11,627 nt of DNA from Calditrichia bacterium (GTDB lineage Bacteria > Calditrichota > Calditrichia > RBG-13-44-9), in NCBI GenBank assembly GCA_037381445.1, contig JARRQT010000095.1, positions 1 to 11,627 on the forward strand. The letters run 5' to 3'. Both the position numbers and the translations under genes were made by a program. The notes under the pieces are model-generated. The model ran no database searches, was not told the DNA's origin, and saw only the letters and a list, made by a program, of their open reading frames with translations. Shown piece by piece: positions 6,977-11,627 of the stretch (positions are counted from its first letter, which is position 1; the number at the start of each line of letters is the position of its first letter).

Positions 6977-8426
6977 ATTTCAGTCCCAGCTCTTTGCACA
7001 TCCGGTAGTAGTTGGGCGGTGCCAATCCCAGTTGGCGGGCTGCTTCGGCGTCCGAAGCGGTATTTTCCCGCACGTACTGAAAATATTCTTTTTTATAACG
7101 TCGTTCCGCATCGCGCCAGGGTACGATTTCGCCGTTGTTTCCAAAATCAGGTGCAGGCGCGGGAGAGGCATGCAGGCTGACCGGCGTTCCGCTGAAAGCC
7201 GCATTCACATGGACGGCTTTTATAATTTTTTCTCCGATAAAGAGCAGGCGCTGGATGATGTTTTGCAGTTCCCGGATGTTTCCCGGCCAGGAATGAGCTG
7301 CCAGCAGGTCCATGGCGGCGGCTTCCACCTGCGGCGTCTCCATGTTCATGTCCTGGCTGAATTTCTGCAAAAAATACCGGGTAAGCAGCGGAATATCATT
7401 TTTGCGCTGGTTGAGGGGCGGGACGATGACCGAAACCACATTGAGCCGGTAATAGAGGTCTTCCCGGAAACGTTTTTCCTTTACCTCTTCTTCCAGTATT
7501 TTGTTGGTTGCCGCAATGATCCTCACGTTTACCTTTATCTTGTCTGTCCGCCCGATTTTGTCAATTTCACCTTCCTGAATGACCCGCAACAGCTTGACCT
7601 GCGCGGTGGGTGACAGCTCCGCTATCTCATCGAGAAACACCGTCCCCTTGTCCGCCACCTCAAACAGGCCCGCTTTTTTTGTATTGGCGCCGGTGAACGA
7701 ACCGCGTTCAAAGCCGAACAGTTCGCTTTCGATCAGATCGCCGGGAATGCTGCCGCAATTGATGGGCATAAATTTTTCGTATTTCCGGCGGCTCAGATAG
7801 TGGATATGGGTCGCCACCAGTTCCTTGCCGGTCCCGGAATTTCCACGGATCAGCACATTGGAGTCGGTAGCGGCAATCTGCACAATCTGGCGGCGCAGGC
7901 GCTGGATCGGCTCCGATTCGCCGATTATTTCCCGGGATTCCAGGATTTCCCGCACATTGCGGTCCAGCTTTTTGTTGGAACGCAGGCGGTCTTTTTCCAG
8001 CCGCTTTTTTTCAAAAGCGTTGAATATGTTCAGGATGAAATCGGTCGGCTGGTAGATAAAGTCCTCGATGTCACCCGGGTATTTGGTGCAATACCACATG
8101 GCCCCGGCTTCCAGCAGCTTGTTGGCGAATTCGAAATCCGTGATATTGACGGTCATTTTTGTGATAACGATAATTTGCAGCAGCGGATCGATCTCTTTCA
8201 TTTTCTTGATGAGGCGCTCCCCCATCAGTCCGCCGGCGATCTGAAAATCCATGATCACCACATCATAACCGAAGCGGTTCTTCTCCAGCAGCTCAATGGC
8301 CGCGGTGCCGCTGGCCACCACATCTTTGATGCGGATGCGATTTTCCACCGGCCGCAGGGTATTCCTGACCCGCCGGACATCGTAATCTTCGTCTTCCACC
8401 AGCAGAATTCTGATTTCATTGCTCAT
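6975..8426 (-). CDS. Sigma54-dependent two-component response regulator (NtrC/AtoC-type: receiver + AAA+ + Fis-type HTH), 483 aa
   Basis: Receiver ILLVEDE, phospho-acceptor VVIMD (D60), IIVIT, YCTK. AAA+ Walker [21 protein letters not shown], Walker [66 protein letters not shown]. Confidence 0.96.
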   Translation of the reverse strand: MSNEIRILLVEDEDYDVRRVRNTLRPVENRIRIKDVVASGTAAIELLEKNRFGYDVVIMDFQIAGGLMGERLIKKMKEIDPLLQIIVITKMTVNITDFEFANKLLEAGAMWYCTKYPGDIEDFIYQPTDFILNIFNAFEKKRLEKDRLRSNKKLDRNVREILESREIIGESEPIQRLRRQIVQIAATDSNVLIRGNSGTGKELVATHIHYLSRRKYEKFMPINCGSIPGDLIESELFGFERGSFTGANTKKAGLFEVADKGTVFLDEIAELSPTAQVKLLRVIQEGEIDKIGRTDKIKVNVRIIAATNKILEEEVKEKRFREDLYYRLNVVSVIVPPLNQRKNDIPLLTRYFLQKFSQDMNMETPQVEAAAMDLLAAHSWPGNIRELQNIIQRLLFIGEKIIKAVHVNAAFSGTPVSLHASPAPAPDFGNNGEIVPWRDAERRYKKEYFQYVRENTASDAEAARQLGLAPPNYYRMCKELGLK

Positions 8427-8448
8427 TACAGCCCTGAACTCCTTCCCC

Positions 8449-9933
8449 TTAATGATTGATGGTTATGATAAAACGGCATCCTCCCTGCGGCAGATTCTCC
8501 GCATCCATCTGCCAACCGCAGCGCTGCCGGGAAATCTCATAAGCCAGGTAGCAGCCATAGCCGGAATGCTTGTCGTTATTTTTCGTGGAAATATTCTCCA
8601 GAAAAATCCGTTTCACGCCCGCTTCATTCACCTTCAGCAGATCTTCCCGGATTGGCTCGCCGCTGTTGGCGATGCTGATGATGGACCGCTTCGCTTCGGG
8701 ATCATAGGCGGTTTGCACCGTAATCAGCACATTTTTCTCCCCCCCGTGATCGATGCTGTTCTGCAAAATCGGTTCAATGATTTCCCAGACGACAAACTCG
8801 TTAATATTGACCGCCGGCAGCGACGGATCCAGTTTAAGCTTGAACTGATAATTGATATCGGCGGCAGAGGTCCGCAGGAAAATATTCCGCACAATAAAGC
8901 GGATCACTTCGTTGAGATCGGTGCGGAAGACCGGGTTGCGGATGGTCTGCAGCGGCGGATCATACCATTTCATGTCATAAATCACCCGCGAAATGAAGTT
9001 GGCGTAGCGGGTAACCCGGTATTTCACATCATCGATTTTTTCGGCGGATAGATTACGTAAATCCTCTTTGATGAAACCCATCACTTTTTCCGCCTTGTGG
9101 TGGGTGTGATAAATCCGCTTGGTAAAAAGCTGCTCTTTCTGATAATTGATTTTTTCGGTAAGGTGCCGTTCCTGTTCCGCCAGCAGCAGTTTTTGGGTTT
9201 CATCCCGTTCCTTCAGGGTGCGGGAGGAGATCAGAAACATGGTGAAGAGTCCCAAAAAGATCAGTCCGGCAAAAATCAGGGCGGTCTTATCGTAACTGAG
9301 AATCATTTCGCGGCTGATTACCGAAAAATCCGGCGTGTTTTTCACATACACCGCCCCGGTATATTCTCCCTTGGGAACGAACGGCACAAAAACATGGAAG
9401 GTCTGTTTTCCCTCGTGAATGCTGTAGATCTGTTCATTGGCCATAATTGTATTTCTCAGATTGCCATAGAGCTTAATGGCTTCGTCATGGGATTTGACCG
9501 GCGGCGGAAGGTTGAGGGAATTTTTAAACATGTAGGAATACAGGACCGATCCGTCATCGATGGCGCATATTTTTCCGCCATTGGAAACCAGGATGCAGAT
9601 TTCCTGCACATTCTGCTGCAGGTTTTGCTGGCTCAGAATAATATTGAAAGCCTGCACAATTTTGCGGGCGTCCTCATCACTTAGCGGTCCGGCGGTGCCG
9701 GTGGTTTCCAGCAGCAATTCCAGGGACGTTGCGGTAAGGTTTGCCAGACGTTCCGCCGAGTCTTGCTGGTACCAGTCCTGGGTTTTGAAAAGAAGGTCGC
9801 TCAGGGAGCTCTTCTGAATATAGGAAACGGCCATCAGAAAGAAAATCAGCACCAGCAGGAGGACCAGCAGATGCTTGATCTGAAAATGGTATTTCCTCAG
9901 TTTTCCCCAGAATGAAAATTTATGTTCTTTCAT
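8449..9933 (-). CDS. Membrane sensor histidine kinase, atypical H and G boxes, 494 aa
   Basis: Two hydrophobic helices (LLVLLLVLIFFLMAVSYI and ALIFAGLIFLGLFTMFLI) flank a roughly 175-aa extracytoplasmic domain. HATPase_c features: N box EPILQNSIDH, G1-like ISIANSGEPI, F box RIFLENISTK, G2 SGYGCYLA, G3 GGCRFIITI. It ends 22 nt before the response regulator start. Confidence 0.85.
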   Translation of the reverse strand: MKEHKFSFWGKLRKYHFQIKHLLVLLLVLIFFLMAVSYIQKSSLSDLLFKTQDWYQQDSAERLANLTATSLELLLETTGTAGPLSDEDARKIVQAFNIILSQQNLQQNVQEICILVSNGGKICAIDDGSVLYSYMFKNSLNLPPPVKSHDEAIKLYGNLRNTIMANEQIYSIHEGKQTFHVFVPFVPKGEYTGAVYVKNTPDFSVISREMILSYDKTALIFAGLIFLGLFTMFLISSRTLKERDETQKLLLAEQERHLTEKINYQKEQLFTKRIYHTHHKAEKVMGFIKEDLRNLSAEKIDDVKYRVTRYANFISRVIYDMKWYDPPLQTIRNPVFRTDLNEVIRFIVRNIFLRTSAADINYQFKLKLDPSLPAVNINEFVVWEIIEPILQNSIDHGGEKNVLITVQTAYDPEAKRSIISIANSGEPIREDLLKVNEAGVKRIFLENISTKNNDKHSGYGCYLAYEISRQRCGWQMDAENLPQGGCRFIITINH

Positions 9934-9947
9934 GACCGGTCTTCCGG

Positions 9948-11279
9948 TTATTTGATCAAAACCCTGTCGGCGTTAATCATATGGGAAGCCTTCTGCAGCG
10001 CTTCGCGGGCGGACAATTCTCCCAGGATGGCCTGGTGCACATAATACGAGATGATATCGGAAATCTTGGTATAATCCACCAGATACGGGCGATGGATGCC
10101 GTGGTCCAGCAATTGGCGGTAGTAGCTCAATTCCGGGAAGCGGCCGACAAACACGCTGTCCCCATATACCGTGTTATTGACCGGAATATAGCCGCCATCG
10201 GCAAACATGCTTTCCTGGTTTTCCCGTTTCAGGGTATATTTAATAAATTCCAATGCCGCCTCTTTATGGGGGGAGGATTTGGAAATCATCATGTTCCAGC
10301 CGCCCAGCACCGAAACGGCGGGATATCCCCGAAAATGCGGCAATGCGGCAACTTCCATGCGGACCAGTTTGGTTGTGTCTTCCATGATATGACGATACTG
10401 CCTCAACAGTCCGGGCCAGCCCCGCAGAAAAATGCCGTCATTGCGCAGGGCATAAAAATAGGTGTGATTCTCGTCGAACTTGGTCACAATCGGGGGCGTC
10501 ATACGGTACTTATGGACCATATCCACCAGCAGTTGCAGGCCCTTTTCCGCTGCGGGCGTATTCAGCCGGACGGAATCTCCCTCTACCAGGTGTTCATTCT
10601 GTCCCGCCACTGTCTCCACGAAACTGCAAATCAGGCCTTCGTAATTGTCCGCAGCAAAAATATAGAAAGGCGAATCGGGATAAATCCTTTTACAGGTGCG
10701 GCTCAGGTCAATAAACTCTTCCCAGGTAATGGAATCCTTTAATTTTTCGGCCAGTTCATTGTAGCCGGGGAGCCGCTCCAGCAGGTCTTTCCGGTAATAC
10801 ATCAGTCCCACATCAATATAGAAGGGCAGCGCAACCAACTGGCTGTCAAAGGTGCAGGATTGCAGGGCATATTTCAGCACCTTCCCGCTGCGGGCCAGAC
10901 GGGCGTATTCGGGGGAAGCAAAGGCCCATTTGGCAAACCGCGGAACCCAGATGATATCTACTGTAAATACATCGATCCGGTCGTTCTTGCTGCGCAGGGC
11001 ACGGGCAATCAACTCTTTGCGTTCATTCGTGCTGAATTTGGTAAACGGCAGATTTACCGGCACGACCTCGATTCGGCCTCTGTAATCTTCATTGAAGCGG
11101 CGGATCAGATTCTGGTGCGCATTGGAGATGTTATCAACAAAATAAATGCGGGTGGTTTTTTCAGAATCCGGACCCTTGACTCCCAGCATAAGAGACAGAA
11201 ATAGAAACAGGAGCAGGCCAAAGGCCACCACAGTGCCGGTAATCAGCAGCGTACGGTTTAAATATTTTTTAATATCCAC
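9948..11279 (-). CDS. Extracellular sugar-binding protein (SBP family 1, trehalose/maltose-binding-protein-like) with N-terminal membrane anchor (about 443 aa)
   Basis: IDVFTVDIIWVPRFA, LVALPFYIDVGLMYYRKDLL, ITWEEF, YEGLICSFVE, FLRGWP, VLGGWNMMISKSSPHKEAALEFIKY. N-terminal TLLITGTVVAFGLLLFLFLSLMLGV has no lipobox Cys. Start moved from TTG 11426 to GTG 11279 because AGGGAG lies 9 nt upstream and a promoter-like element sits inside the 5' extension. Confidence 0.88.
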   Translation of the reverse strand: MDIKKYLNRTLLITGTVVAFGLLLFLFLSLMLGVKGPDSEKTTRIYFVDNISNAHQNLIRRFNEDYRGRIEVVPVNLPFTKFSTNERKELIARALRSKNDRIDVFTVDIIWVPRFAKWAFASPEYARLARSGKVLKYALQSCTFDSQLVALPFYIDVGLMYYRKDLLERLPGYNELAEKLKDSITWEEFIDLSRTCKRIYPDSPFYIFAADNYEGLICSFVETVAGQNEHLVEGDSVRLNTPAAEKGLQLLVDMVHKYRMTPPIVTKFDENHTYFYALRNDGIFLRGWPGLLRQYRHIMEDTTKLVRMEVAALPHFRGYPAVSVLGGWNMMISKSSPHKEAALEFIKYTLKRENQESMFADGGYIPVNNTVYGDSVFVGRFPELSYYRQLLDHGIHRPYLVDYTKISDIISYYVHQAILGELSAREALQKASHMINADRVLIK

Positions 11280-11319
11280 CGGAAGATGCTCCCTGTGAGG
11301 TTGTATCTGCCTTTTTTTG

Positions 11320-11348
11320 AACTTAAATAAATTTTCACCCATTGACAA
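11320..11348 (-). promoter_or_regulatory. Putative sigma70-type promoter of the SBP-HK-RR operon
   Basis: - strand TTGTCA (11348-11343), 17 nt, TAAGTT (11325-11320), placed upstream of the AGGGAG RBS and GTG 11279. Confidence 0.45.
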
Positions 11349-11627
11349 GCAGCAGATAAAGATTCCTGCTTTTCCCGGCGCAGGCGACAATTTCCGAAAG
11401 GTGCCAAGCTCCTTGAGGTTATGCAAAACACATCAACATTCATTCCACACTGCATTATCCGGGACTTTTCTTTAATCCATGCGCTCTGCCAATATCGCCG
11501 GGCTAATTGCCCGAGGTTAAATTGTTAAATTTTGTTGGTTTTTTTCCAAAATAGTTTTAAAATTCAACGGTCGTTTTGGTTTGCAGGTGGACCGGAAATG
11601 TTATCCGGTTTTCCAACTGGTTTTCAG

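Noticed and set aside
7686..7703. GSFTGA instead of GAFTGA as a sign of a sigma54-independent activator
   Set aside because: The critical F and T residues are intact and GSFTGA is a known functional variant.
87..11204. Numerous overlapping antisense and alternate-frame ORFs (e.g. 118-780, 1771-2382, 4507-5379, 5920-6714, 6960-7613, 7800-8459, 8419-9051, 9097-9684, 9981-10742)
   Set aside because: They lie within or opposite well-supported genes and have no recognisable motifs, as expected for shadow ORFs.
11342..11370. Perfect TTGACA on the + strand
   Set aside because: No -10 hexamer at 16-18 nt spacing. The overlapping minus-strand TTGTCA-N17-TAAGTT fits better.
11391..11407. TTGGCAC on the minus strand upstream of the SBP as a sigma54 promoter
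   Set aside because: Perfect -24 half but AA at -12, so the GG-N10-GC pattern is not met.
11280..11426. 49-aa N-terminal extension of the SBP in the ORF track (and the 11258-11455 ORF)
   Set aside because: No RBS at TTG 11426 or ATG 11342, and the stretch contains the likely promoter and RBS for GTG 11279.

Overview
Bacterial beta-glucan degradation locus. C-terminal YPNPFN/FlgD-like sorting domains point to the FCB group or a neighbouring lineage such as KSB1, Calditrichota or Ignavibacteria (inference). The + strand carries the 3' part of a GH3 beta-glucosidase/exo-beta-glucanase (<1-1215) ending at an intrinsic terminator. Six genes converge on it from the - strand in two blocks. The regulatory block is a membrane-anchored sugar-binding protein with no ABC permease or ATPase in the window, an atypical histidine kinase and a sigma54-dependent NtrC-type response regulator. 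The enzyme block is a single-domain GH5, a circularly permuted GH16 with Ig-like, malectin and sorting domains, and a GH5-CBM6-sorting-domain protein. The spacer between the blocks (6748-6974) holds a -24/-12 sigma54-type promoter facing the glucanase genes and a second, divergent -24/-12 motif firing antisense into the regulator. The best candidate for a poorly described system is a three-component (binding protein + kinase + sigma54 activator) glucan-sensing circuit driving secreted beta-glucanases. No RNA genes, mobile elements or CRISPR arrays were seen.
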